This document shows positions 52,938-62,055 of a DNA stretch of 64,000 bases, one piece after another; within the stretch, counting starts at the first letter, position 1, and each line of letters opens with the position of its first letter. The translations under genes were made by a program, and so were the position numbers. The stretch is from a virus. The notes below the pieces were generated by a model. The model made no database searches, was not told where the DNA came from, and saw only the letters and a program-made list of their open reading frames with translations. Location: IMG/VR virus record IMGVR_UViG_3300010157_000040, positions 44,698 to 108,697 of that record. One strand, given 5' to 3'.

Positions 52938-54107
52938 CTACTGGATAGCCATCTTAACTACGTTTTGATTCATCATTAACTTACCAAACTTATTTTTATT
53001 TCCGTTCACTATTTCTTTAACCATGTAGTATCTAAGGTCATTAGTGAATGCATTACAATCAGTTGTAAGTTTAATCAGTCTTTGACTCATTGCGTCAGAT
53101 ATGGTCTTTTTATCCGCATATACTAAAGAATAGTTAATTATTCTAGTTGCAATTATACTTGCTAAATCTGCTCTAAAGTCATCATCTGCACCAACTGCAC
53201 TTGTCAAAGCTCCCATTACATATGCTTCATCTTTAGTTAAGATATCTTCCGGAGAAATAATCTTATCTAACTTATTATTAATGAACATAGTAAACATAGA
53301 ACTAAAATCAGGACCAACAGAACCTTCACCAATCATTTGAATCAAAGGTAAATTATCTTCAAACTTAGGAATAGAACTAATTGCATTGAAAAATGTAGTA
53401 ATACTTCTAGGATTAATTCTTTGAGTTACTAACTCAGGATTCATCAACATAAAGTTTATACATCTACCATCTATGTCTGCATTCTCTGCCCACTTAGCCC
53501 ATACATTTGCATCATACTTTAACTCACAAGAAATAAATCTTGTCTTTTGAGCAACATCTAATGTAGTTACATTGTAATCACCATTATCAGGATTAGTAGT
53601 AAGAATAACATGCCAGTTCTTAGGTAATTTCCAAGATACATATTCTTGTCTATCTAAGATCTCCATAGTTGCTTGCATAAATCTATGATCAGCTCTAGTA
53701 TAATCATCTAATACTAAAAATCCACCTTCACCTTTACCTTGAATCCATTCTGGTGCAGCATGTGCCATTCTTTTAGCACCAACTTTATATCCTTTCTTCA
53801 TAGCTGCATCTATCTGAACTTCATTAATCCAGGTAGACTTACCTTCTGCATTTGTGATCTCAAATTCTTTTACAGGAAAACCTACTAAGTCACCTAATTC
53901 TTCTATCTGAGATAGATTTAACTTTACAACTTGCATATCAAGTTCTTTACCTAACTGCATGATAGCAGAAGTTTTACCAAGTCCGGCATCACCTTCAATA
54001 TTAATTGCTACAGGTACTTTACCTTCAGCTTGAATATGTTGGTTATTCTTAACCATGTGTTTAATAAAATCTTTTAATTCTTCTACATTCAATTGTACTT
54101 GACTCAT
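52938..54107 (-). CDS. MoxR-like AAA+ ATPase
   Basis: Walker A GDAGLGKT; Walker B LVLDDYTRA; sensor TTNP; arginine finger TRF; PRS motif; adjacent to a VWA gene. Confidence 0.85.
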   Translation of the reverse strand: MSQVQLNVEELKDFIKHMVKNNQHIQAEGKVPVAINIEGDAGLGKTSAIMQLGKELDMQVVKLNLSQIEELGDLVGFPVKEFEITNAEGKSTWINEVQIDAAMKKGYKVGAKRMAHAAPEWIQGKGEGGFLVLDDYTRADHRFMQATMEILDRQEYVSWKLPKNWHVILTTNPDNGDYNVTTLDVAQKTRFISCELKYDANVWAKWAENADIDGRCINFMLMNPELVTQRINPRSITTFFNAISSIPKFEDNLPLIQMIGEGSVGPDFSSMFTMFINNKLDKIISPEDILTKDEAYVMGALTSAVGADDDFRADLASIIATRIINYSLVYADKKTISDAMSQRLIKLTTDCNAFTNDLRYYMVKEIVNGNKNKFGKLMMNQNVVKMAIQ

Positions 54108-54119
54108 ACTTTTCTTTTT

Positions 54120-55307
54120 TTATAGTTCTAACTTAATTACTTTTCCAGGAAGACCAGGATTCATTTCCGATCTCTCTGATATAACCCAAAGGACATTACC
54201 TTTTGGTTTTACACTTGCACTACATTCTCCATCAGTAAAATATACTAGGCTTGTATATTTCTTGTTATTATTATTATAATATTCTAAGACAGGATCAAAT
54301 TCAGTTCCTCCTCTACCGTGTACTTCAAGATCACTTTTACCTCTATAAGGTTCTACTGATCTTATACTTGTGTCACACTGAACTATAGTGACATCTACTC
54401 CTGCTTTATAAATATGATGAATTTCATTCATAAACTCAATTAGTTCTGTATCACTTACAGAACCTGAGGTATCTATACCTAATAACATATGTTGTTTCAT
54501 CTTGATCTTAAGACCAGGATTACCATCATACCTTTTATTCTCCTTTCTACGGATCTTCTTGGTAAATACTTTTGTACTAATACCAGTAAATCTTCTCATA
54601 TATCCTCTCCAATCAAACTTAGGTGGTAGAATTTCTTCTATAATAATTTTTCCATCTATTTCTCCAGGAACATTACCTCTTTTCTTAACAGTTTGTTCTT
54701 TAGCATCTGATAAAACTTTCTGTAATTGTTTTTCAATTAACTTTTGCTCAGCTTCAGTAAGATCTTCAAAGTCTGACCATGTACTATGATCAGGTAAACC
54801 TTCTCCATCTCCATCCATGCTGTCACATAGCTTATCAAAGTTTTCATCTCCAGATGTACCATTCTTATCTTTTTCATCTTTAGCTTGTGATAGTTTATCA
54901 TAATAATATCTAGCACCTGCTTTTCTGTCAAGATTAAGATCTTCATAGTCATTTATATCTATACCACCTTCTGGTAACCAATCTTCATCAATATATTGGT
55001 TAATTTCCATATCCATTGCTATGTTAGCCATCTTGTGATTACTAAACTTAAAATAAGTAGTAAGATGTCCAAATGCAATGTGAAGTAATTCATGTTTAAG
55101 TAGACCAAGTTTATGATCTTCACTTAGACCCATCCAGAATTCTTCATTAATACATAGTTGGTAGTTAATACCATTTTTGCTTACACCAGCAGTTGGAACT
55201 TTTTTACTGTCCCATAATTTATTTAGCATTAGTAGAAAGAACCCATAATAGGGCTCTTTTAACATTAATTCTTTTGCTGTCTTACTAAGACTTTGTGCTT
55301 TGTCCAT
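54120..55307 (-). CDS. Metallopeptidase-VWA protein (DUF2201-like)
   Basis: HELLH...NIAMDMEIN; MIDAS DTSGS; GRGGT.F; YFTDG. Confidence 0.88.
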   Translation of the reverse strand: MDKAQSLSKTAKELMLKEPYYGFFLLMLNKLWDSKKVPTAGVSKNGINYQLCINEEFWMGLSEDHKLGLLKHELLHIAFGHLTTYFKFSNHKMANIAMDMEINQYIDEDWLPEGGIDINDYEDLNLDRKAGARYYYDKLSQAKDEKDKNGTSGDENFDKLCDSMDGDGEGLPDHSTWSDFEDLTEAEQKLIEKQLQKVLSDAKEQTVKKRGNVPGEIDGKIIIEEILPPKFDWRGYMRRFTGISTKVFTKKIRRKENKRYDGNPGLKIKMKQHMLLGIDTSGSVSDTELIEFMNEIHHIYKAGVDVTIVQCDTSIRSVEPYRGKSDLEVHGRGGTEFDPVLEYYNNNNKKYTSLVYFTDGECSASVKPKGNVLWVISERSEMNPGLPGKVIKLEL

Positions 55308-55692
55308 CTTTTAGTTTTAATATTATATCAAATTTGTCAACAGGATATCCCATTTGACCTAAAAAGCCAACCATATTTTCTGTAAATAATTCCATAAAAA
55401 GCTCTATAGAATACATACTAACTTTATTAAATGTCATGGCTGAAAGACATTGACCAGAAGATAATGTTCTATTTATATCTATTGCTTTACTTATAGCAGT
55501 AAAACACTTAGGACAATTAGCTTCCCAAACAGCATTTGTTTGTTTACCAAATTTATATAATACAATTAGTTCTCCAATATATGTCTTTATGTCAACATTA
55601 TTTAAAGATTCAAATGCTATAATAGCATTTTCTTCATCAGGTGACTTTAACATGTTTAATAAGTTCTTTGTTTCTTCTTTGTTAAAAATCAT
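55285..55692 (-). CDS. Hypothetical helical protein
   Basis: 135 aa; LLNMLKSPDEENAIIAFE motif shared with the 435-aa protein. Confidence 0.65.
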   Translation of the reverse strand: MIFNKEETKNLLNMLKSPDEENAIIAFESLNNVDIKTYIGELIVLYKFGKQTNAVWEANCPKCFTAISKAIDINRTLSSGQCLSAMTFNKVSMYSIELFMELFTENMVGFLGQMGYPVDKFDIILKLKDGQSTKS

Positions 55693-56033
55693 TAGTCTTC
55701 AATTTTTAAAGTTTTAATCATCCACTCTGTAGGTTTATTTATATTATCCACCCATTCTTTTGCAGTAGGAATATATCCATTGCAATCTTCTTTAACATGT
55801 TGTTCACCAACATATCTTACATACACATTTTTATTATCAGAATTAGTAATCATAATACCAAATTTTTTCTCACATTCAAAAATACCTTCTGAGTGATGTC
55901 TGAACATTCTGTGCTTACTGTGCCCAATCCATGCTTTAGTTTCATCAAACCATTCATGTATTTCTAAATAATCTGTTGCTACACCACCAAACTTTCTAGA
56001 TGATGATTTTGCATGTTCATATGGATGTGACAT
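55692..56033 (-). CDS. His-rich protein (DUF6915-like)
   Basis: HPYEHAKSS..KFGG...IHEWFDETK...HRMFRHHSEG...EQHVKED. Confidence 0.7.
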   Translation of the reverse strand: MSHPYEHAKSSSRKFGGVATDYLEIHEWFDETKAWIGHSKHRMFRHHSEGIFECEKKFGIMITNSDNKNVYVRYVGEQHVKEDCNGYIPTAKEWVDNINKPTEWMIKTLKIED

Positions 56034-56208
56034 TTTTAATTTCTTTTAGTGTTAATTCATATATTTTACCATTATACATAATAATATTAGTTCCTTCTAT
56101 AGTTTCAACAGCTCTATAAATACTAGAAGGTTCTAATTTAAAATATTTAATTACAGCATCTCTTAAAAGATACTGAGCACTACTATTAAATTTCCAACTA
56201 TTAATCAG
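56017..56208 (-). CDS. Unlisted 63-aa ORF with probable CTG start
   Basis: Open frame (L)INSWKFNSSAQYLLRDAVIKYFKLEPSSIYRAVETIEGTNIIMYNGKIYELTLKEIKNVTSI fills the gap; the CTG overlaps the upstream TGA (CTGA). Confidence 0.5.
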   Translation of the reverse strand: MINSWKFNSSAQYLLRDAVIKYFKLEPSSIYRAVETIEGTNIIMYNGKIYELTLKEIKNVTSI

Positions 56209-56609
56209 TTTAAGCTTTGATTAATTAAATTACCATCATGATAGTACTCTTCAGTATTAGTAATATAAATAGTGTTGTCAATTTTATAATTACCAGAAGG
56301 AACAGCAATAAGCATTACTCCATAACCACCATCATTATTCCACCAATCTTCAATATCACTTAAAATTTGTTCTGTAGCAAAGTTTTCTATGTCTGCATTA
56401 AGTGCTGAGTCAAGATCTTTCAAGTAATGAACTTTATCACCAAAGTTTTCTAAATAGTTGATATCTTCAATATCTTCTATTTCTTTTGTTGTATATACAA
56501 TATCATCAAGAGCACCACTGTCTCCACCACCTGAATAAAATATCTTAATTCCGGTAACACCAAGGTCAGCCAACTTAAGTAGAAGGCCTGTCATATCATT
56601 TTCTGTCAT
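56205..56609 (-). CDS. Acidic protein (DUF6878-like)
   Basis: I.YSGGGDSG...D...DWWNNDGGYG pattern; neighbour of the DUF6915-like gene. Confidence 0.65.
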   Translation of the reverse strand: MTENDMTGLLLKLADLGVTGIKIFYSGGGDSGALDDIVYTTKEIEDIEDINYLENFGDKVHYLKDLDSALNADIENFATEQILSDIEDWWNNDGGYGVMLIAVPSGNYKIDNTIYITNTEEYYHDGNLINQSLN

Positions 56610-56611
56610 AG

Positions 56612-57037
56612 TTATTTTGTTTTGTAAAACCTGCCAAGAATATTGGCATTTAAGTATTCATCTTTGTCAAGCACCTCATATTTAAACTGGTGCTTTACTT
56701 CTTGATAAGTTAATTCTGTAGCTGAGTAACATATCAACAAGATCTCTCTTTTGATAGAAACTCCTGCTTTGTGAGCATTTTTAAGAATTGTATTACTACT
56801 GTAATAATTTACAAAGTCTGGTTTTATTTCTCTAGTATACTTTTTTACTCTTTTATCTGTAATTAATGCTAAAGCTTTCTTACCTAAAGGTTTTTTTCTG
56901 TTAGCAAAAAAGTTTTTCTTACCAATATATGAAACAGACTTACCATCTATGATAGCAGTCATAATGTAAATAAAACCAATACCGTGTTGTGGTATACTTA
57001 GTTCATTAAACTCTTTACCTTTGTATATCCAACTCAT
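56612..57037 (-). CDS. GIY-YIG-like endonuclease
   Basis: GFIYIM...YIGKK...YYSS...REIL...E...YLN; start MSWIY at 57037 gives an ATGA overlap with the upstream ORF. Confidence 0.7.
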   Translation of the reverse strand: MSWIYKGKEFNELSIPQHGIGFIYIMTAIIDGKSVSYIGKKNFFANRKKPLGKKALALITDKRVKKYTREIKPDFVNYYSSNTILKNAHKAGVSIKREILLICYSATELTYQEVKHQFKYEVLDKDEYLNANILGRFYKTK

Positions 57038-57189
57038 TTTTGTTTGTATCTTTTCATGTCCCAATCTGCTACAGTATTTATTATAGTAGATAGTATACTT
57101 ATAGCATCTTGTACTGATCTTGCTTCAAAACTTAATTTTGCTTTTGTTACATTATGTCTAAAAACATATTTATATATAGAATTTTTCAT
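57034..57189 (-). CDS. Unlisted 51-aa protein
   Basis: MKNSIYKYVFRHNVTKAKLSFEARSVQDAISILSTIINTVADWDMKRYKQK; ATGA overlaps at both ends. Confidence 0.7.
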   Translation of the reverse strand: MKNSIYKYVFRHNVTKAKLSFEARSVQDAISILSTIINTVADWDMKRYKQK

Positions 57190-58166
57190 AATGCTTGTTT
57201 TAATAAAGGTAATAACATTTCTCTAACTTTTTCAATACCATATTTCTTAACAGAATCTGATAAATCTTTCTCTAAGTCTAATTGAACATAAGGAAATTTA
57301 AATTTTTCATTATATTTTTTAGCAGCATTAGTTCCTGGATCATCATTATCAAATAATACAATTATAGATTTATACCGTTTTTTAAGTTTATTTAGAATTA
57401 CTTCAGAAATCATTGTATTTTCACTATCCGGAGCAATTATCTCTATATTAGTAATATTTAACATTTTGAAACACATTAAATCTTTTAATGAAGAAACAAT
57501 AAGTAAATATTTACTTTCATATTGTAATTGATCAATACCTTGAATATAATTTTCTATCTTAATAAACTTTTTATCAATTGTCTTTGGCATATATATTTTA
57601 TACAAACTGCCATCTTCTCTAAAATAACCATAGATATATGGTTTATTAAATTTAATTGAACTTAAACTATTATCTAATTCTTTTTTTTCCATTACAAAAT
57701 AAGATAATGGATGTACATTATGATACTCAAGTATTTTTGAACCAAGTTTATAACCTGACCAATACTGTTGATCTAATGATGTCCAATGTCTTATTTCATG
57801 ATCTGTTACCTTGTATTTATCATGTATCTGATAAACATCCCTAGAAATAGAAGTATTATTATTTTTATAATTCTGATAGTCATTGATTATTTTATTTAAT
57901 GCATGTTCTCTATTTGGTAAATCATACATATACATAACTAACTGTATACCGTCTCCTTGATTACTTGAAGAAAAATCTTTAAATTTATAAACATTATTTG
58001 TATCCGTATAGATACACATTGATGGTACTTTATCTTTTGCATTAAACACGGATAATATTTTTACATCTTGTCCAGTAAGAATTTCAGTTAAACTTAAATA
58101 ATATTCAAATACCCATTCTTTAGGAATATCTCCTAATGATGAAATTATATTTTTAGTTGAAATCAT
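57186..58166 (-). CDS. DNA primase (DnaG-like Toprim, crAss type)
   Basis: PSMCIY...FKDFS..GD N-terminal domain; SSLKD, LFDND..G, KDLSD. Confidence 0.85.
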   Translation of the reverse strand: MISTKNIISSLGDIPKEWVFEYYLSLTEILTGQDVKILSVFNAKDKVPSMCIYTDTNNVYKFKDFSSSNQGDGIQLVMYMYDLPNREHALNKIINDYQNYKNNNTSISRDVYQIHDKYKVTDHEIRHWTSLDQQYWSGYKLGSKILEYHNVHPLSYFVMEKKELDNSLSSIKFNKPYIYGYFREDGSLYKIYMPKTIDKKFIKIENYIQGIDQLQYESKYLLIVSSLKDLMCFKMLNITNIEIIAPDSENTMISEVILNKLKKRYKSIIVLFDNDDPGTNAAKKYNEKFKFPYVQLDLEKDLSDSVKKYGIEKVREMLLPLLKQAL

Positions 58167-58180
58167 AGATATAGTATTAA

Positions 58181-58212
58181 TAATAAAGGGAAACCTAAGT
58201 CTCCCTTTATTA
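58181..58212 (-). terminator. Stem-loop / terminator after the putative SSB
   Basis: Minus strand TAATAAAGGGAGAC-TTAG-GTTTCCCTTTATTA. Confidence 0.65.
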
Positions 58213-58221
58213 AATTAATTA

Positions 58222-58893
58222 TTAATCTAAATTAAAATCAGAAGAACTTTTCTTTGGTACTGTAAAATCATCATCAGCTCCAAAATCTGTAACTTCTTTA
58301 ACTTCAATTTTCTTAAGATGTTTTGTTTCATCATAAGGCATAACATTTACACCATATGCATATGTTTTATTTTCTGCTTTTGGCAACCACATGTCATAAT
58401 TAGTATAACCAGTTTTACCAACATATTCTTTACCAGAAATACAAAAATCAACAAACTTATCTTTAAAAGGTTTTGCTTTATTTAATGCATCAACAAATGC
58501 TTCAATAGTTGCATGTTTTCCATCTTCTTTAATGAACCAATCATTAAAATCAAATGCTTTAGATAAACTTTGTAAGAAAATTAAAACTGATTTATCTCTT
58601 TGAATTTTAATTCCAGATTTAGTAACTCCATCTGCAAATGCATATTGACTAGCTTTTACTCTACCAATTTGACCTCCAAATCTACCTTTACTTTCATCAT
58701 TTACATCAATTAGAAATCCGTCAAATCCTTCAATTGGTTCTGTTTCTACATGCAACATTAAATGTTTTGCACCTTCAATATACTGAAAATCTTCTAGAAC
58801 AATGCTATTAATTTTTAATACATGATTACCTGGTGCAATTGTTTTCTGCATTCCTGAACCACCTGTTCCTAAATCTGTTGTACTTAATCCCAT
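58222..58893 (-). CDS. Putative single-stranded DNA-binding protein
   Basis: PG.H.L.I beta start; acidic/aromatic tail (DFGADDDF...DFNLD); between Sak4-like ATPase and primase. Confidence 0.5.
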   Translation of the reverse strand: MGLSTTDLGTGGSGMQKTIAPGNHVLKINSIVLEDFQYIEGAKHLMLHVETEPIEGFDGFLIDVNDESKGRFGGQIGRVKASQYAFADGVTKSGIKIQRDKSVLIFLQSLSKAFDFNDWFIKEDGKHATIEAFVDALNKAKPFKDKFVDFCISGKEYVGKTGYTNYDMWLPKAENKTYAYGVNVMPYDETKHLKKIEVKEVTDFGADDDFTVPKKSSSDFNLD

Positions 58894-58920
58894 TTTGTTT
58901 TTGTTTTTAATTATTAATTA

Positions 58921-59643
58921 TTATTTATACACTTTATCCCAGTGAAACACTAGTTTACCTTTTTCATTCATCTCAGAAATTAATATTTCTTCATTTCTTA
59001 AATGTTCAGGTCTTGCACCACAAGTTACTTCATCATTAGTTTTAAAACTTAGAATACTTTGGTTACCTCTTCTGAACATATATCCAATTGCATCAGCATT
59101 TGCACAAATCAAAGATTTAATTTTACCTGTCAAATCTATATTTGCAGACATAACCATCTCACCTTTATCATCTACCTGTTTGTCTTTAATATGACCAGAT
59201 AAAATAATATGGGGTGCTAAGGTATCAATAAAATCTAAAACTTGAAAGAAAGCTTGACGGATATATAAATATCCTGCTCCATTTGGTAAAGTTAATACAT
59301 TATCTCCATCATAGTTTTTACCCATAGATGTTTGTTTGTATAATTTTATTGCTAATGGAGCTACCATTTCCTCTAATGCAGTTACTGTATCAATAGTAAC
59401 ATACTTATAAGGACATCCTGCTTCTTTAATTGCTTTACCAGTTTCAAGTAATTCTTGTAATGAATTTACATTAATCTTTAATGCTTCAACATAATCAGAA
59501 CCATTTTCTAAATCCATTATTAAATTATCTGCTAAACCTGCAAATGCAGTTGTCTTACCAGTTTTAGGTTTAGAATAAATAATTAACCTTTTAGGATTAG
59601 TTCTTTCTACTTTTACTTTTTTAGTTGGAAGTATAATACTCAT
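58921..59643 (-). CDS. AAA_24 / Sak4-like P-loop ATPase (recombinase-type)
   Basis: IIYSKPKTGKTT, DLENG, VTIDT, LSGH, ADAIGY. Confidence 0.8.
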   Translation of the reverse strand: MSIILPTKKVKVERTNPKRLIIYSKPKTGKTTAFAGLADNLIMDLENGSDYVEALKINVNSLQELLETGKAIKEAGCPYKYVTIDTVTALEEMVAPLAIKLYKQTSMGKNYDGDNVLTLPNGAGYLYIRQAFFQVLDFIDTLAPHIILSGHIKDKQVDDKGEMVMSANIDLTGKIKSLICANADAIGYMFRRGNQSILSFKTNDEVTCGARPEHLRNEEILISEMNEKGKLVFHWDKVYK

Positions 59644-59644
59644 A

Positions 59645-60247
59645 TTAGTTAAGTTTTTGTGCTAATTTTTGAAATTCAGCTGCTATTTTTAAAAGAATAT
59701 CTGAAACTGATTCATCATCACTTTTTACAGTAACTTCCTTTTTAAGAAAATCATCTGCAAAATCTGGAAACATACCTACAGACTTTTGTAACTGTGGTAA
59801 TGCTTCTTCAGTAACTTCTGCTTCAGTTCTTCTTTTCTCATACAGAGCATAAGTAATCTCAGTACCATCACTAAGTACTGCTACTAATTCAGAAACAGGA
59901 ATTACATATGCAGAATAAGGTTCACCTTTTGAGTTAGTACCTTCTTTTACTGCATATTCTTCACTAAAGTATGGATTATACTTATACTTAAATAGTGGTC
60001 TATCAGAATACATGGGAACCATGTCTACTTCTTTATTATTGTTATCTCTAACAACATCCACAAATTCAATATATACATCAATACCTTTGTTCAACTCTCT
60101 TTCAAATAATTGCACTTGTCTACCAAATGAACCTTTTTGAAAAAATGCTGTTTTAATTATAAATACGGGATCTACAATTTTTAGTTTTCTGAAATCATCA
60201 AAATGATAAGCAAAAAACTCATTCTCTTTTTCTTTTCTATTAAACAT
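59645..60247 (-). CDS. Hypothetical protein
   Basis: 200-aa ORF packed in the replication operon. Confidence 0.65.
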   Translation of the reverse strand: MFNRKEKENEFFAYHFDDFRKLKIVDPVFIIKTAFFQKGSFGRQVQLFERELNKGIDVYIEFVDVVRDNNNKEVDMVPMYSDRPLFKYKYNPYFSEEYAVKEGTNSKGEPYSAYVIPVSELVAVLSDGTEITYALYEKRRTEAEVTEEALPQLQKSVGMFPDFADDFLKKEVTVKSDDESVSDILLKIAAEFQKLAQKLN

Positions 60248-60262
60248 ACATATTATTTATTT

Positions 60263-61273
60263 TTACATTGTTGTTGGTGGGAAATCTATCTCCACTATTC
60301 TTACTGTTTTTCTATCAAGTTTACAAAAGAATAAACCTGTTAGACCATTTCTAGATTTAAGGAAATGAAATGCTAATAATTCTTCATCATTAACAATATA
60401 TTTTTCAGGACCATAAAATCTTATTTTTCTTGAAAATGGTTTATTAATACCTATTACTACATCTGCATGTTGTAATAAAGCATCAGCACCAAATAAATCA
60501 GAATCTAATACATAATTTCCATATTGTCCATCTTTTGCTCTGTCAGGATGATCAATATTTCTATTTAATTGACTTAAAACAACAAATGCAACAGGATACC
60601 TTTTCTTCATTTTAGTAAGAGCTTCTCCTAATGCATATAACATTTCAAATTTATCTTTTTCTCCTTTACCAACTCTGAATAAACCTGAGTGGTCAATAGT
60701 TACTAAAGTATTTGAATAATTATAAATTGGTTGTTCATGTTCATCAAAACCTATTTGAATTTTATTTTCTTCCATATAAGCATGAATGGTAGCACACATT
60801 TCATCTACGGTACAAGGATCATAAATTACATCAACAATATCAGTTGCTGCAGTTTTCTCATATACTTCTACACATTTTTGAAAAATTAACTTATCAATTA
60901 ATTGACCTTTACTCATTAATGTATTGTAATCAGCACCTGTATTCATAGACAGTTTTCTAATACCATTTGTTTCATCTAACATCTCAAACTGAAACTTTAA
61001 TACTCTGAACACTTGATCTTTGTTATTTTCTATAACATCATTTACTAATTGTTCCATGAATAAAGTTTTCCCAGTTCCAGGTCTAGCTCCAACTACGGTA
61101 ATTGTTCTCCATTCAAGACCATCACAAAATGCATCATTAAATCTAACCCAAGAAGTTTTTAAGGATTTTAAATCTCCTTGTCTTCTTGCTTTAATTTTTA
61201 ACAGTGCTTTTCTTAATGAGTCTCTTTCACTCACAGGTAAATATGCCCGTGCTCCATTATATAATTCACCCAT
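60263..61273 (-). CDS. dnaB: DnaB-like replicative helicase (ATPase domain only)
   Basis: GARPGTGKT, FEM, IDH, LSQLNR, SDL...L.Q.AD.V, KSRNG. Confidence 0.9.
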   Translation of the reverse strand: MGELYNGARAYLPVSERDSLRKALLKIKARRQGDLKSLKTSWVRFNDAFCDGLEWRTITVVGARPGTGKTLFMEQLVNDVIENNKDQVFRVLKFQFEMLDETNGIRKLSMNTGADYNTLMSKGQLIDKLIFQKCVEVYEKTAATDIVDVIYDPCTVDEMCATIHAYMEENKIQIGFDEHEQPIYNYSNTLVTIDHSGLFRVGKGEKDKFEMLYALGEALTKMKKRYPVAFVVLSQLNRNIDHPDRAKDGQYGNYVLDSDLFGADALLQHADVVIGINKPFSRKIRFYGPEKYIVNDEELLAFHFLKSRNGLTGLFFCKLDRKTVRIVEIDFPPTTM

Positions 61274-61284
61274 AAAATTTTAAT

Positions 61285-61470
61285 TTAAGATTTTAGTAAT
61301 ACTCTTTTTTTAGAATAATTATATAACCAGTGAAATACGGTTATAATAAATTCAATTGCTAAATATTCTGTTAAATTTATGGATATGATGAAAGTTTTTA
61401 TAATTAAATATCCCAACACACTTCCTAAAATAGCAGTAAATAACAATACTACATTTAGTTTTAAAATCAT
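61285..61470 (-). CDS. Small membrane protein
   Basis: 61 aa, two hydrophobic stretches, basic C-terminus; ATGA overlap with the upstream gene. Confidence 0.55.
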   Translation of the reverse strand: MILKLNVVLLFTAILGSVLGYLIIKTFIISINLTEYLAIEFIITVFHWLYNYSKKRVLLKS

Positions 61471-62054
61471 AATCTTCTTTCTTTTATAAATACTACTTCA
61501 TCATCTAATACACTATTAATCATATTGCAGTAATCAGCTAATTCAGAATCATAACTTTTATCAGTATTTTGTTTTCTTATAAAATATTGAGAAGTTCTCA
61601 TATATTCATAATTCTTTAATCCATAATCATACACATACTTTTTTGTTGCTTTAATTATTGTTTCCCAATCATATTCATAATTTTCAAAGAACCATCTAAA
61701 TGAATTTTCTAAGTTTTTAGGATTTACTCTTGCATATTTACCAGAACCAAGTTTCCTATTAGGAAATGACTCAACATATACTATTATATTATTTGTAAAT
61801 TCTGAACCTAGTAAATCTTTAGATGTTTTCTTTTTACTTCTTTTAAAGAAGCTATCAATTTCAGTTATAAAGATAAGACTTTTACTTGTAACACACAAAT
61901 TTTCATCTAACCAATCTTCTTGTTTTAATTTTGTAACTTCTAAACTACTATTAACAAATTTATATGGTTTAATGTTATTATATATTGAATATAAAACATA
62001 AAAACTATTAGGTGTTAACTCTTCTTTTACAAGTTTATCAAATATTTCTTGCAT
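61467..62054 (-). CDS. Hypothetical replication protein (possible initiator/helicase loader)
   Basis: wHTH-like N-terminus; F...FP...R...II.AT..Y...YM....YF C-terminal pattern; next to dnaB. Confidence 0.45.
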   Translation of the reverse strand: MQEIFDKLVKEELTPNSFYVLYSIYNNIKPYKFVNSSLEVTKLKQEDWLDENLCVTSKSLIFITEIDSFFKRSKKKTSKDLLGSEFTNNIIVYVESFPNRKLGSGKYARVNPKNLENSFRWFFENYEYDWETIIKATKKYVYDYGLKNYEYMRTSQYFIRKQNTDKSYDSELADYCNMINSVLDDEVVFIKERRL

Positions 62055-62055
62055 A

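Noticed and set aside
48456-61283. Small + strand ORFs within the replication block (48456, 54502, 57044, 57656, 61020)
   Set aside because: Antisense to well-supported genes; 57044-57226 is the shadow of the real 51-aa minus-strand gene
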